64,000 nt of DNA from Myxococcales bacterium. GTDB taxonomy: Bacteria > Myxococcota_A > Polyangia > Fen-1088. Position numbers and translations under genes: made by a program. Position 1 is the first letter of the stretch. Every line of letters begins with the position of its first letter. Location: assembly GCA_022184915.1 (NCBI GenBank), contig JAGTJU010000004.1:416057-480056 (forward strand). Reading direction: 5' to 3'. Shown here piece after piece: positions 25,527-37,472 of the stretch. The notes beneath the pieces are model-generated. The model did no database searches and was not told the DNA's origin. It saw nothing but the letters and a program-made list of their open reading frames with translations.

Positions 25527-28187
25527 CTAGCGGCGCCGTCGCCGCAGCCGGAAAGCGCCCCCCAGCGCCAGCAGCACGAGAGCTCCGGCGCCCGTGGGGG
25601 CGTCGCCGCCGTGGCCAAGCGCGCAGGAACAGCCGCCCCCCTCCGTGCGCACCGTGCGGGTCACGCGGGTGTCGGGGCAGTCGCTGCGGGGGAGGCACTG
25701 CGGGATGCCATCGGCCGTGAGCGTGCACGCAAAACAGCCGTTGCTGGGGCAGGTGACCGTCTTGCAGGGATCGTCCTTGCATTGGCCTGTGAGGGGCACG
25801 CAGGCCTGCCCCGGGCATACCCTGAGAAGACAGGCGTTCGCCTGGCACTGGCCGGTGGCCGGATCGCAGACCTGACCGCTGGCGCAGGCGATGCCACTGC
25901 AGGCGTCCGCTTCACAGGAGCCCTTCACGCACCGCTGGCCTCCCGGGCAGGCCGTGGCGCAGTTGTCGATGCACTGGCCCTCCTGGCAGTACTGGTTAGC
26001 CGCGCAGGCCACGCCCGCGCAGGGATCCGCCGCGCACGCGCCGGCGAGACAGAGCTGACCCGGCTGGCAGAGGCTGGGCACCGTGCGGCAGTCGTTGCAC
26101 ACGCCGTTGACGCAGCGGGCGGGGGCCTGGCAGACCACACCCTGGCAAGGATCTTCGCAGGCGCCCGAGCCCGGGTTGCAGCGGAAGCCGGGCATGCAGG
26201 TGACGTCGCGGCACTTGGTGGAAAGGCACACCTCGACCGCGGCATCGTCCACCGAGCGCCGCCCCTCGTTGCACGCGAAGCCCGGTGGGCACGGGAACTC
26301 GCCGCTGCTGCACGGCAACTCGCACTTGGCGGGCACGAGATCGACCACGGGATCCTTCTTCACGCAGATGCGTCCGTTCGGGCAGATTATCTCACCGTCA
26401 TCGGTGAGGCCATCGCAGTCGTTGTCTTTGCCGTCGCAGGTCTCGTCCCGCGGGGGCACGCAGCCCTGGCACGAAAGCCCCAAGGCGCCCGCACACACCT
26501 GCTTGCCCTTGCGGCACTCGCCCGTGCTGAGCTGCTCGAGGGTGAAGGGTTCACAGGCGCAGTCGGCGCCGCCCAGGCCTTCATCGGTCTGGCCGTTGCA
26601 GTCGTTGTCCTTGCCGTCGCAAAGCTCGGGCATGGGGGTGTTGACCTGCACGCACACCAGCGCGCCCCCGCGGCAGGCAAACGCGCCCGCCTTGCATTCA
26701 CCCACGGCCACACCGCAGGGCTCGCCTTCCCCGGGCAGCGTCGTTTGCCCCTCGGGCGGTTCGTCAACCATGCCGTCGCAGTCGTCGTCCACGTTGTTGC
26801 AAAGCTCGGGGGTGCCGGCCACCGGAGGGGCGTCGCACACCGTGCCCAGGCCGTTCGGCGCGCACACCTTGGTGCCGGCACGGAAGCAGGCGCCCCGGCC
26901 GCCGTTGTTGCAGGCGGCGCCAAGGTCGAAGCCCTCGTCGATCTGGCCGTTGCAGTTGTTGTCTTTCCCGTCGCAGATCTCGCTTGCCGGACCCTGGCAG
27001 CCGTTGCAGGCGAGGGCGCCCGCCGTACATGCGGTGACACCCAGCCGGCACATGCCCTTGCCGTCCTGCTCGGGGGTGACGAGCCCGTTGCAGGTGCAGC
27101 TTTCGCCCGCCCCGGGCAGGGGGGCTTCGTCGACGAGGCCATCGCAGTCGTCGTCGACGCCGTTGCAGATCTCCGCGGGGGGCACGGTCTGCGCGATGAT
27201 GCCCACGAGCTCGCGCTTGATCTCGTCGCTGTTGGTGAAGTCGACGCCGATGGCCTTCGTGGTGCCGCCACTGGCGGCGATGGCATCCAGGGGGTTGCTG
27301 GCGCCCCCCAGCAGGCTTCTGTCCGTGAGGACGTAAACGGGCACCTGTGAGTTTTGGAAGAGTGTGCTGGCCTGGGTGCGCGGGTTGAAGGGGGAAAGCT
27401 CCGCTTCGTCGCACTTCTCGATGCCGTCGGTCACCAGGATCACCAGGTTCTTGCGGCACTGGCCCTTCGGGTCCACGAAGGCCGCGCCGTTTTTCCGGCG
27501 CACATAGTTGTCGTAGTAGAGTCGGGCGTAAAAGAGTGAACGGCCAAGCGGCGTGGCGAAACCCAGCTCGGGGTTGTTGCCCTTGCCCGTACCGCCGGCC
27601 CGGATCTCCGGATCCGTGATCACCCCACCCGAAGCCGCTTCGGTCAGGTTGATCCATCGCAGGAGCTCGGCCACGTTGCCGTCGGCCGGATCGTAATCGC
27701 CAGGGGCCGGTTTGCCCGTGTTGGCTTTGTTGGTCACGGGAACCACGATGGCCTCGCGGTAGGCGCTATCGAACCAGGCGCCGTATTCGGTCTGGTTGCT
27801 GTTGTGGGTAGTGAGCTGGCAGCCGACGCGGGTGCTGTTGTCGTTGAAGTAGCGGCCGCGGGGACATACGGGGCTGCTGTTCGGCGCTTCCTTTTGCGGG
27901 TAGCGCATGAGCCCGAAGTTCGCCTCATCGGTGCCCACCTGCGCAAGCGTCTCGCGGAGGGCCTGTTTGAGCAGAAAAATGCGCCTGTTGGTGCCCTGGC
28001 CCCCGCAGAGCGGAGAGCCATCGAGGCGGTTGAGGGTGTTCCACTCGTCGTTGTCCGCCATCGACCCCGACGTGTCGAAGACGATGAGGATGTTGGGCTT
28101 GAGCGCCTGTGCGTGCGCAGGGCTGGCGGTGGCCAGCGCCGCAGCGCCTGCTGCCAGGACGACCCACGAGCGTTTCACGAAAGCCAT
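25527..28187 (-). CDS. secreted VWA-domain protein with myxobacterial Cys-rich repeats and MYXO-CTERM sorting tail
   Basis: Starts MAFVKRSWVVLAAGAAALATASPAHA (signal peptide; GAGGAA Shine-Dalgarno upstream). VWA MIDAS ILIVFDTSGSM. Over 10 CxGxDxDCDGxxDE-type repeats. C-terminal GGCSCA...ALVLLALGGAFRLRRRRR. Confidence 0.75.
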   Translation of the reverse strand: MAFVKRSWVVLAAGAAALATASPAHAQALKPNILIVFDTSGSMADNDEWNTLNRLDGSPLCGGQGTNRRIFLLKQALRETLAQVGTDEANFGLMRYPQKEAPNSSPVCPRGRYFNDNSTRVGCQLTTHNSNQTEYGAWFDSAYREAIVVPVTNKANTGKPAPGDYDPADGNVAELLRWINLTEAASGGVITDPEIRAGGTGKGNNPELGFATPLGRSLFYARLYYDNYVRRKNGAAFVDPKGQCRKNLVILVTDGIEKCDEAELSPFNPRTQASTLFQNSQVPVYVLTDRSLLGGASNPLDAIAASGGTTKAIGVDFTNSDEIKRELVGIIAQTVPPAEICNGVDDDCDGLVDEAPLPGAGESCTCNGLVTPEQDGKGMCRLGVTACTAGALACNGCQGPASEICDGKDNNCNGQIDEGFDLGAACNNGGRGACFRAGTKVCAPNGLGTVCDAPPVAGTPELCNNVDDDCDGMVDEPPEGQTTLPGEGEPCGVAVGECKAGAFACRGGALVCVQVNTPMPELCDGKDNDCNGQTDEGLGGADCACEPFTLEQLSTGECRKGKQVCAGALGLSCQGCVPPRDETCDGKDNDCDGLTDDGEIICPNGRICVKKDPVVDLVPAKCELPCSSGEFPCPPGFACNEGRRSVDDAAVEVCLSTKCRDVTCMPGFRCNPGSGACEDPCQGVVCQAPARCVNGVCNDCRTVPSLCQPGQLCLAGACAADPCAGVACAANQYCQEGQCIDNCATACPGGQRCVKGSCEADACSGIACASGQVCDPATGQCQANACLLRVCPGQACVPLTGQCKDDPCKTVTCPSNGCFACTLTADGIPQCLPRSDCPDTRVTRTVRTEGGGCSCALGHGGDAPTGAGALVLLALGGAFRLRRRRR

Positions 28188-28213
28188 GGCGGGTTCCTCG
28201 AGGTTGCGAAGGG

Positions 28214-30127
28214 TCACAGCACACCGTCCTTGCAGCAGCGAAAGCCCACCGAGGGCAGCCGCACGGCGATGTCGGGGCAGGGAGCTTGTGGGCTGCACGC
28301 CTGGCCGTTCGGGCAGCTGCCGTTTTTGCATTCGGCGGGCCCGGGGGCGGGGGTGTTGCCATCGCAACGAAGCCCCGGGGCCACCCGCCGCATGGCGGTG
28401 CAGGGCTCGGACGTGCACGAGGGATCCGGCTGCAAGTAGCTGGTGTTGTTGTAGGCGCCCCCCCGCAGCTCGAACCCCAGCGGGGTGGCCGTGGGCAAGG
28501 TGGTGAGCACCCACTCCTTGAGGTTGCCGCTCATGTCGAAGAGATCGTCGGTGACGGCCGGGTCACCCTGGTCCGACAGGCACATGACCGCGTTGCCCAC
28601 GGGCAGGGGGGCCGGCGTGGCCTGGAAGTCCGCCCCGTTGCACTTGGCGCCGTCGTAGAGGTTTCCGTAGGGGAAGGCGCTGTTGCCGCCGCCGTTGCAG
28701 GCGTCCAGCCATTCCTCTTTCGTGCACAACCGCCAGCCCGCGCCGATCGTCTGGCAGGCCGCTTGCGCTTCTTCCTTGGTGACGTTGCCCCAGGGCTGTC
28801 GGCCCTTGACGCTGCAGGGACGCCTGTTCGAGACCATACCCGGTGTGGTGGTGTTGGCGTCGTGCCGCGAGGCCTCGTAGGCGAACATGGTGACGGTCCG
28901 GCCCGCAGGGCTGAGCACCACCAGCCTGTCGTCGCTGGTTTTGTCCATGGCCGAGAGCAGCTCGTCGGTTTTGCCATCGCAATCGTTGTCGAAGCCGTCG
29001 CAGGTCTCGGCCCCGGGGGCGCCTGGTGGGGTGTCGCATTCGGTGCCGGTTTTGTCCGCCTTGCAGCGCAGCCGGCCTTGCCGCACGCACTCGCCGAACA
29101 CCTTTTGCCCCTGGGCATCCGTGTCGGCCACACAGGCGGCCCCCACGCGGAAGCCTTCATCGACGAGCCCATCGCAGTCGTTGTCCAGGCCATCACAGCC
29201 CTTGGCCATGTCTTCGCCGCTTTCCTGGTAAAGCGAAGCCGGGTAGGGGCACGACCAGGTGGTCACCACCACGTTGGCCATGGCTGCGTCCTTTCCGATG
29301 ATTACGGGGCCACACACCGGCGTCACGCCGGCGCAGACGCCCATGCCCCGGCAGGTGATGGTGGGCGTGACCCCATCATCGATCAGGCCGTTGCAATCGT
29401 TGTCGACGCCGTCGCAGAGTTCAACGCCGCCGTTGGTCTTCTGGCATTCGCAGCCGGCTTTGGTGGGGTCGCTGTCGCTGAAGCCGGGCTGGCAATCGGT
29501 TTGTTTGCACACGCCCTGATCGCACCGTGCGAGGGCGAACGGGAAGCTGCACAGGCGGTTGCAGGCGCCGCAGTGCTTGAGGTCGGCGTCGAGGTCGAAG
29601 CCTTCGTCGGTTTTGCCGTCGCAGTCGTTGTCGAGGCCATCGCAGGCGGCTTCGGGTTTGTCGCCGGCCGTGTCGCGCTCCGCACCGACCAGGATGCACT
29701 CGCAGCCGTTGGTGGCCCCGTTGTCGATGTCGATGGCGCCGGTCACGCAGGAATAGCCACAGGTGCCGGCCTGGCAGGTGGTGAGCGCGTTCGGGCGGTC
29801 CTGGCACACGTTGTTGCACGAGCCACACGATTCGGTGCGGGTCAGCACCTCGGCCGCGACGTCATCGATGGTGCCGTTGCAGTCGTCGTCGATGCCGTTG
29901 CACAGCTCGGTCGTGGGCGTGCACGCGTCCATGCGGGGGGGCGCGGTGTCCAGCTTGGGTGCCGCATCGAGCTTCGGGGCGTTGGCATCGGCGGGCGTGG
30001 GCCCGGCGTCTTGCTCACCCGGCGGCGATCCGATGGTGATCGGCAGCTCACGCTCTGCGCAACCAGGGAGGCACATGAGTGTGGGGGCCATCAGGAAAAC
30101 GAGAAGAGCTCTCTTTAAGTTCGGCAT
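28214..30127 (-). CDS. lipoprotein with Cys-rich (DNDCDG) repeats and C-terminal FGE-sulfatase (SUMF1-like) domain
   Basis: Lipobox LMCLPGC. Repeated CDGxDNDCDGxxDEGF modules. The C-terminal domain resembles the formylglycine-generating-enzyme fold (NLKEWV, RGGAYNN). Confidence 0.65.
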   Translation of the reverse strand: MPNLKRALLVFLMAPTLMCLPGCAERELPITIGSPPGEQDAGPTPADANAPKLDAAPKLDTAPPRMDACTPTTELCNGIDDDCNGTIDDVAAEVLTRTESCGSCNNVCQDRPNALTTCQAGTCGYSCVTGAIDIDNGATNGCECILVGAERDTAGDKPEAACDGLDNDCDGKTDEGFDLDADLKHCGACNRLCSFPFALARCDQGVCKQTDCQPGFSDSDPTKAGCECQKTNGGVELCDGVDNDCNGLIDDGVTPTITCRGMGVCAGVTPVCGPVIIGKDAAMANVVVTTWSCPYPASLYQESGEDMAKGCDGLDNDCDGLVDEGFRVGAACVADTDAQGQKVFGECVRQGRLRCKADKTGTECDTPPGAPGAETCDGFDNDCDGKTDELLSAMDKTSDDRLVVLSPAGRTVTMFAYEASRHDANTTTPGMVSNRRPCSVKGRQPWGNVTKEEAQAACQTIGAGWRLCTKEEWLDACNGGGNSAFPYGNLYDGAKCNGADFQATPAPLPVGNAVMCLSDQGDPAVTDDLFDMSGNLKEWVLTTLPTATPLGFELRGGAYNNTSYLQPDPSCTSEPCTAMRRVAPGLRCDGNTPAPGPAECKNGSCPNGQACSPQAPCPDIAVRLPSVGFRCCKDGVL

Positions 30128-30285
30128 CGGCGAAAGGGTTCCTCATTCACACGGAGCGAAGGGGCCGCGCGCACCCGAACGGCTTGGGGCGTCTCAGCAA
30201 GGGCATCATAGGGAAACGGCCCGGAAAACCACAGAGGTTTGTGGGCAGCTCCTGCCGAGGTCCGGGGGCAGCGCGGCGACGTTCG

Positions 30286-30321
30286 AAAGCAAAAACGGCG
30301 CCGACCGTGGGGTCAGGCGCC
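30286..30321 (-). terminator. putative rho-independent terminator downstream of ndk
   Basis: GGCGCCGACC-gtgg-GGTCAGGCGCC hairpin, followed on the minus strand by a T-run (plus-strand AAAAA at 30291-30295). Confidence 0.45.
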
Positions 30322-30373
30322 GCCTGTGCGAGCCAAGTCTCAATGGCTCTATCTTGGTGGGCCGAAGGCTGGC

Positions 30374-30802
30374 TCAGCCCTGCAGGCCCAGGTCCGATCC
30401 ACGGAAGAACCAGCCGAGCTCGAACTGGGCGGTATCGGGCCCGTCGCTGCCGTGAACGGCGTTGCGTTCGATGTTCGTGCCGAACTTGTGACGAATGGTT
30501 CCTTCCGGTGCCTTGGCGGCGTCGGTGGGGCCCATCAGCTGCCGGTAGCGGGCGATGGCGTCCTCACCCTCGAGGGCCATCAGCACACAGGGGCCGGAGG
30601 TCATGAAGCCGATGAGGTCCTTGAAGAAGGGCCGCGCCTTGTGCACTGCGTAGAAGCCTTCGGCTTCGTGCACTGACATCCGGGTCATGCGCAGGCTCAG
30701 AAGTTTGAAGCCTGCGCCTTCGACCATGGACAGGATGCCGCCCGTGGAGCCGCTTGCGACGGCGTCGGGTTTGATGATTCCAAAAGTGCGTTCGATTGCC
30801 AT
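30374..30802 (-). CDS. ndk: nucleoside diphosphate kinase
   Basis: 142 aa. ERTFGIIKPDAV, NAVHGSD active-site His motif. Confidence 0.9.
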   Translation of the reverse strand: MAIERTFGIIKPDAVASGSTGGILSMVEGAGFKLLSLRMTRMSVHEAEGFYAVHKARPFFKDLIGFMTSGPCVLMALEGEDAIARYRQLMGPTDAAKAPEGTIRHKFGTNIERNAVHGSDGPDTAQFELGWFFRGSDLGLQG

Positions 30803-30820
30803 GAACGAGGGACTCCGATT

Positions 30821-31690
30821 CTAGAACAGCGACGCGACGGTTGTGCCGAGCTCGGCGGGGGTGGCGGCCACCTTGATGCCGGCTTCCTGCATGGCGGCGA
30901 TCTTGTCGCCCGCGCCGCCCTTGCCGCCACTGATGATGGCGCCGGCGTGGCCCATGCGGCGTCCGGGAGGGGCGGTGACACCGGCGATGAAGCCGGCGAC
31001 GGGCTTGGACATGTGATCCTTGACGAAGCGGGCGGCCTGCTCCTCGGAGGAGCCCCCGATCTCGCCAATCATCAGCACGGCCTTGGTGTCGGGATCGGCC
31101 TCGAAGAGCTGGAGGGCTTCGATGAAGTCCATGCCCTTGACGGGGTCACCGCCGATGCCGATGCAGGTGGTTTGCCCGAGGCCGAGCTGCGTGAGCTGGT
31201 GGGCGGCTTCGTAGGTCAGCGTGCCCGAGCGGCTGACCACACCCACCTTGCCGGGGGTGTGGATGTAGCCGGGCATGATGCCGATCTTGCACTGGCCGGG
31301 CGTGATCACGCCGGGGCAGTTCGGGCCCACGAGGCGCGTTTTGGGGAAGGCGTCGAGCGCGCGCTTGGTCTTCACCATGTCGAGCGTGGGGATGCCTTCG
31401 GTGATGCACACCACCAGCTCGATGCCGGCAAACGCGGCTTCCACGATGGCGTCGGCGGCGCCGGGCGGGGGCACATAGATGACGGACGCGTTGGCGCCCG
31501 TTTTGGCCACGGCTTCGGCCACGGTGTCGAAGACGGGGAAGCCTTCGTGGACGAGGCCGCCTTTGCCCGGGGTCACACCGCCCACGACCTGGGTGCCGTA
31601 TTCACGCATTTGCTTGGCGTGAAAGGTGCCGGCCGACCCGGTGAGGCCCTGAACGATGAGCTTGGTGTTCTTGCTGACGAGAACGGACAT
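30821..31690 (-). CDS. sucD: succinyl-CoA synthetase alpha subunit
   Basis: 289 aa from [15 protein letters not shown]. CoA-binding and phospho-His loop ([14 protein letters not shown]) motifs. The ORF-track N-terminal extension is Arg-rich and was rejected. Confidence 0.9.
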   Translation of the reverse strand: MSVLVSKNTKLIVQGLTGSAGTFHAKQMREYGTQVVGGVTPGKGGLVHEGFPVFDTVAEAVAKTGANASVIYVPPPGAADAIVEAAFAGIELVVCITEGIPTLDMVKTKRALDAFPKTRLVGPNCPGVITPGQCKIGIMPGYIHTPGKVGVVSRSGTLTYEAAHQLTQLGLGQTTCIGIGGDPVKGMDFIEALQLFEADPDTKAVLMIGEIGGSSEEQAARFVKDHMSKPVAGFIAGVTAPPGRRMGHAGAIISGGKGGAGDKIAAMQEAGIKVAATPAELGTTVASLF

Positions 31691-31695
31691 GACGT

Positions 31696-33899
<2,204 letters not shown>

Positions 33900-33990
33900 C
33901 TACATCGGGCAGGCGGGCCCGGGACCCCTCCGCAGGGGCGAACAAGTTGAACGGCGGCTTGCTGGTCGTTACCATCCGTGCCAAGCCATC

Positions 33991-34635
33991 ATGATGACCG
34001 CACGCGCTCACGGCCGGGCAGAAGCGAAGGTGAAGAGCGCTGGTCTGCAACCAGTACCCGACGTTTACATATCGACGGACATCGAGACGGACGGGCCCAT
34101 CCCCGGGCCGTTTTCGATGTTGTCGTTTGCCTTCGTCGAGATTGGAACCTTCGATGGGGCGCGCCTCTGCCGACCGCAGACGCCGCGCACCTTCTATCGG
34201 GAGCTGCGGCCCATTTCTGATCGCTTCGAGAACGAGGCGTTGGCGGTAAACGGGCTGGACCGTGGCAGGCTGCTCCGTGAGGGAACGGATCCTTCCACCG
34301 CGATGGAGGAGGCGCGCCACTTCGTCTCCGAACTGGCCGGGGGAGGAACTCCTGTTTTGGTGGCGTATCCGCTCTCGTTCGATTGGAGCTTCCTCTACTG
34401 GTACTTCGTGAGTTTTGGGGGCAGGTCGCCGTTCAACCATTCCCGGTGCTTCGACTTGAAGACGGCCGTGGCTGTAAAGGGGCGGCGCACGATCCTACGC
34501 GCGGGGCGGGATCAGCTGCCGGCTTCGCTGCAGAGTCGGATGAGTCACACGCACCACGCGTTGGACGATGCGATGGAGCAGGCCGATATTTTCGCACGCG
34601 TTTTCGATTGGGACGGTGCAGATGACGACGAATGA
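33991..34635 (+). CDS. DEDDh-type 3'-5' exonuclease (DnaQ/RNase T-like) of unknown role
   Basis: 214 aa. Exo I ISTDIETDG, Exo II YPLSFDWSFL, Exo III HHALDDAMEQ. Its 3' end overlaps the next gene by 14 nt. Confidence 0.65.
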   Translation: MMTARAHGRAEAKVKSAGLQPVPDVYISTDIETDGPIPGPFSMLSFAFVEIGTFDGARLCRPQTPRTFYRELRPISDRFENEALAVNGLDRGRLLREGTDPSTAMEEARHFVSELAGGGTPVLVAYPLSFDWSFLYWYFVSFGGRSPFNHSRCFDLKTAVAVKGRRTILRAGRDQLPASLQSRMSHTHHALDDAMEQADIFARVFDWDGADDDE

Positions 34636-35662
34636 CGAGTTCTTCACCGAACGAGCGAAGAATACGGCCGCGAGGGTGGCGGAGTGGTCGGCGGCATTCG
34701 AGGAGGAGCTTGGGGTCGACGGCAGGTCGGCGTTGTCCGACGGATGTGTGTACGCGGTGGGGTCTGCCGGAAGGGGCGAGCTTGGTGGGTCAAGTGACCT
34801 CGATGTCTTCATTGTGACGAACGGCGAACCATCCCGAGTGAATGAAGCGCTCGTGCAGGCCCCGCTCATAAGGATGATGCGGCGTTTCAAGTTGCCGCCC
34901 CCCTCTAACGACGCCACTTTCTTGAGACTGCATGGCGCCTCAGAGTTGGAGCACCGCCTCGGCGCCGTGAATGACGACTCGCCTCAGAACACGTTCACGG
35001 CAAGAATGCTCTTGCTTCTCGAGAGCAGGCCCTTTTACGGCCAGGAGGCCTATAAAGCCTTGCTCCGACGGGTTGTTCAAGCGTATTGGCGAAACGAACA
35101 AGCTCACGCGGATCATTACCTCCCCATGGTGCTGGTCAATGACATCGTTCGTTACTGGCGGGTCGTCCTGCTCAATTACGAAGCCAAGTTCGCCAGCAAA
35201 GAGCGTGAAGCCAAGACGTCAGGGGAGCTGGAGCAGGTGCGGCTGGCCAAGTGGCTGGCGAGCTACAAGCTCAGATTCGCCCGCTGCATGACGTGTTACT
35301 CGATGATCATCGTGCTGCTTTGGCAAACGAGAGAACAAGAGGGCAAGCTCCCTCACGTAAGTCAAGACATGATGCTCGAGCTGATCGGCCTGACACCCGT
35401 GCAGCGACTACAAGCCGTTCTGGCGGAAGCGACGGGCGCTGGTGCGGGTGGTGTTGTCACTCTCGTGGATGAATTGCTCGCGCTGTATGCCGGCTATCTC
35501 GCGTCGCGCACGATGCGGGATGACGAGTTGAAGGGCAAATTGCGCGACCGCTCGAACGGACCGTCTTTGTTCGAACGCGCAGACACGTTCGGCGACAAGA
35601 TGGCGCAATTGGTGCAGGAGCTGGGAAGGTCATCGCGATTGATCCGATATGTGGTGGTCTGA
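34622..35662 (+). CDS. Pol-beta-superfamily nucleotidyltransferase with helical C-terminal domain (CD-NTase/OAS/SMODS-like)
   Basis: 346 aa from MTTNDEFF. GSAGRGELGGSSDLDVFIV matches the GS...(D/E)hD nucleotidyltransferase signature. A ~280-aa helical domain follows. Confidence 0.6.
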   Translation: MTTNDEFFTERAKNTAARVAEWSAAFEEELGVDGRSALSDGCVYAVGSAGRGELGGSSDLDVFIVTNGEPSRVNEALVQAPLIRMMRRFKLPPPSNDATFLRLHGASELEHRLGAVNDDSPQNTFTARMLLLLESRPFYGQEAYKALLRRVVQAYWRNEQAHADHYLPMVLVNDIVRYWRVVLLNYEAKFASKEREAKTSGELEQVRLAKWLASYKLRFARCMTCYSMIIVLLWQTREQEGKLPHVSQDMMLELIGLTPVQRLQAVLAEATGAGAGGVVTLVDELLALYAGYLASRTMRDDELKGKLRDRSNGPSLFERADTFGDKMAQLVQELGRSSRLIRYVVV

Positions 35663-35693
35663 CGCAATGACTGAGAGCTTCTGGCGCCACATG

Positions 35694-35972
35694 AAGCTCC
35701 GCGTTGTCGGCGCACTTTTCACGCTTCTGCTCGTGGCGAATGGCGGCTGCATAAAGGCGGCGCCATCGGCTCCTGTCGATGTGGCCCCGCCAGCGCTTCC
35801 ACCTACCGCCGCTGTTGTGCCTGCGGATGGTTTCCAAGATACTGCACCTCCGTCGGACTCTGTCCCGGCACACCCCATCTTCAACTCATGCGTGCTTCAT
35901 GCGGGGGACGCGTCTGTTCGTCGCCGACAGCCATTGTTGCCAGACGGCAGCCTTGGCCCAGAGACCACGCTA
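35694..35972 (+). pseudogene. 5' part of a Cys-rich lipoprotein gene interrupted by IS630 (the reading frame resumes at 37475..37822)
   Basis: MKLRVVGALFTLLLVANGGC signal/lipobox-like N-terminus. The frame reads into the IS terminal repeat and stops. After removing the IS plus one TA, the same frame continues for ~115 codons (…CIQVKRRVTPCDGF…). Confidence 0.4.
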
Positions 35973-37472
35973 GTTCAACGGATCCTAAATTCGTTCCGGG
36001 TTTGAGATCGTCCAGGGGAACTGGGAGACGACAATTTCGAGAAGGGCGTCGAGTTGTCCTCTGAAGAGCGTGGACTCCCAGCGCCCACGGTGGTCAGCAA
36101 AGTCGAGTCGCCACAGATGAACTGTATCGCGGCGAACCCTGAAGTGATTGAGGGGCTCGGAGTGCGGACCAGACTCCACGATGACGGCCGTTCCCCGCTT
36201 TCTTGCGCGCAGGCCATCGAATCCCCGCTTTGCGAGAAAGTCGAGGATCTGGTCGGGATGGTGGTCTTGGGCTTGAGGCGCAGGCATGTCGCGTCAGGCA
36301 GCACGGGCCTGACGCTTGGGATTCTGCCGGCTATCGCACCGCCATGTCCACCGGAAGGGATGCTTCTCGTGCCCATTCCAGTGCCGGATGAACTTGAGGA
36401 CTTGCGCCCGCTGATCCTTCAAGGAGGCAAAGCTGCCGTATCGCAGAATGCGGCGGTGCAGTATCGAGAACCAGATCTCTACTTGGTTCATCCAGGAGGC
36501 GTGCTTGGGCGTGTAGATGAACCGGAAGCGGCCCCCGTGCTGACGGTTGAATCGGGTCCACCGCTTGTCGCGGCCGTCGTAGTGGATATTGAGATTGTCC
36601 CAGACGACGTAGATTCGGCCCCGGGGGTGTTCCCGCGCGACCTGCTTGAGGAAGTCCAACAGTGCGTCGGCGCTTCGATGTGGGACGACCGATGCGACGA
36701 CATTGCCGTCACTGATATCGAAGGCAGCGAGAAGCGACTGGGTTCCGTGACGTTTGTACTCGAACTCAAACCGCACCGAAGCGTCTGTCGGGCTCAAGTG
36801 GGTAGGATGAAGTCTTTGCAACGCCTGCAAAGGCTTCTCGTCGATGCAGAGCACGACGCCGTCGTTGGGCGGGTTCAGATACAACTGGCAGATCTTCTTT
36901 GCCTTCGCAGAGAAGGCAGGATCTGGGCTGTGCAGCCACTGCTTTACGTTGTGAGGGCGCAGCTCGGCGAACCGCAGAATGCGACCGACTTCGCTGATGC
37001 TGATCTGCACGCCCGTGCGCCTCTTCAGTTCGTCGGCCAAAGCGCCATAGGACCAAACATCGCGAAACTTCGTCCTTTTCTCGTCGATACGCTCGCAGGC
37101 TATGCGCACGAGCTCGCAACGGACGTGGAGCGCAATGCGGGCGGGGCGCCCAGCGCGCGGCCGGTCATCGAGACAGCCAAGTGTCTGCTCGGCAGCGAAC
37201 CGCGCTTTCCATTTCCGAACGCACCGATCCGAGCACCCGAGCCGCCGTCCAATTTCGGGAGCGCTGACGCCACGCCGGGCCATCAAGAGCATTCGACACC
37301 GCTGTGCGACGGCGTTCGGGACCCTTGGTCTCTTGACCATCACTCGCAACTGACGGTGGACAGCTCGAGAAATCTTGAACTCTTCGGGCGCAGGGCCGCG
37401 GGCCATACTCTGAAGATCAACCCCGGCCCGCTTTTATTCCCAAACCCGGAACGAATTTCCGGCACGTTGAAC
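35973..37472. mobile_element. IS630-family insertion sequence with TA target duplication
   Basis: Imperfect ~35-bp terminal inverted repeats (GTTCAACGgatcctAAATTCGTTCCGGGTTTG / CAAACCCGGAACGAATTTccggcaCGTTGAAC). Flanking TA at 35971-2 and 37473-4. Single DDE transposase gene. Confidence 0.75.
36294..37406 (-). CDS. IS630-family DDE transposase
   Basis: 370 aa. N-terminal HTH (RMLLMARRGVSAPEIGRRLGCSDRCVRKW). C-terminal DDE domain (CIDEKP...WDNLNIH...HASWMNQVEIWF). Confidence 0.85.
   Translation of the reverse strand: MARGPAPEEFKISRAVHRQLRVMVKRPRVPNAVAQRCRMLLMARRGVSAPEIGRRLGCSDRCVRKWKARFAAEQTLGCLDDRPRAGRPARIALHVRCELVRIACERIDEKRTKFRDVWSYGALADELKRRTGVQISISEVGRILRFAELRPHNVKQWLHSPDPAFSAKAKKICQLYLNPPNDGVVLCIDEKPLQALQRLHPTHLSPTDASVRFEFEYKRHGTQSLLAAFDISDGNVVASVVPHRSADALLDFLKQVAREHPRGRIYVVWDNLNIHYDGRDKRWTRFNRQHGGRFRFIYTPKHASWMNQVEIWFSILHRRILRYGSFASLKDQRAQVLKFIRHWNGHEKHPFRWTWRCDSRQNPKRQARAA

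Noticed and set aside
25404-27350. Long plus-strand ORFs (25404..27350, 26083..27336, 28109..30118) antisense to the Cys-rich protein genes
   Set aside because: These are mirror ORFs of high-GC repeat-rich genes. Their translations are Ala/Gly/Arg-rich with no domain structure, whereas the minus-strand products have clear signal peptides, a VWA domain and repeats.
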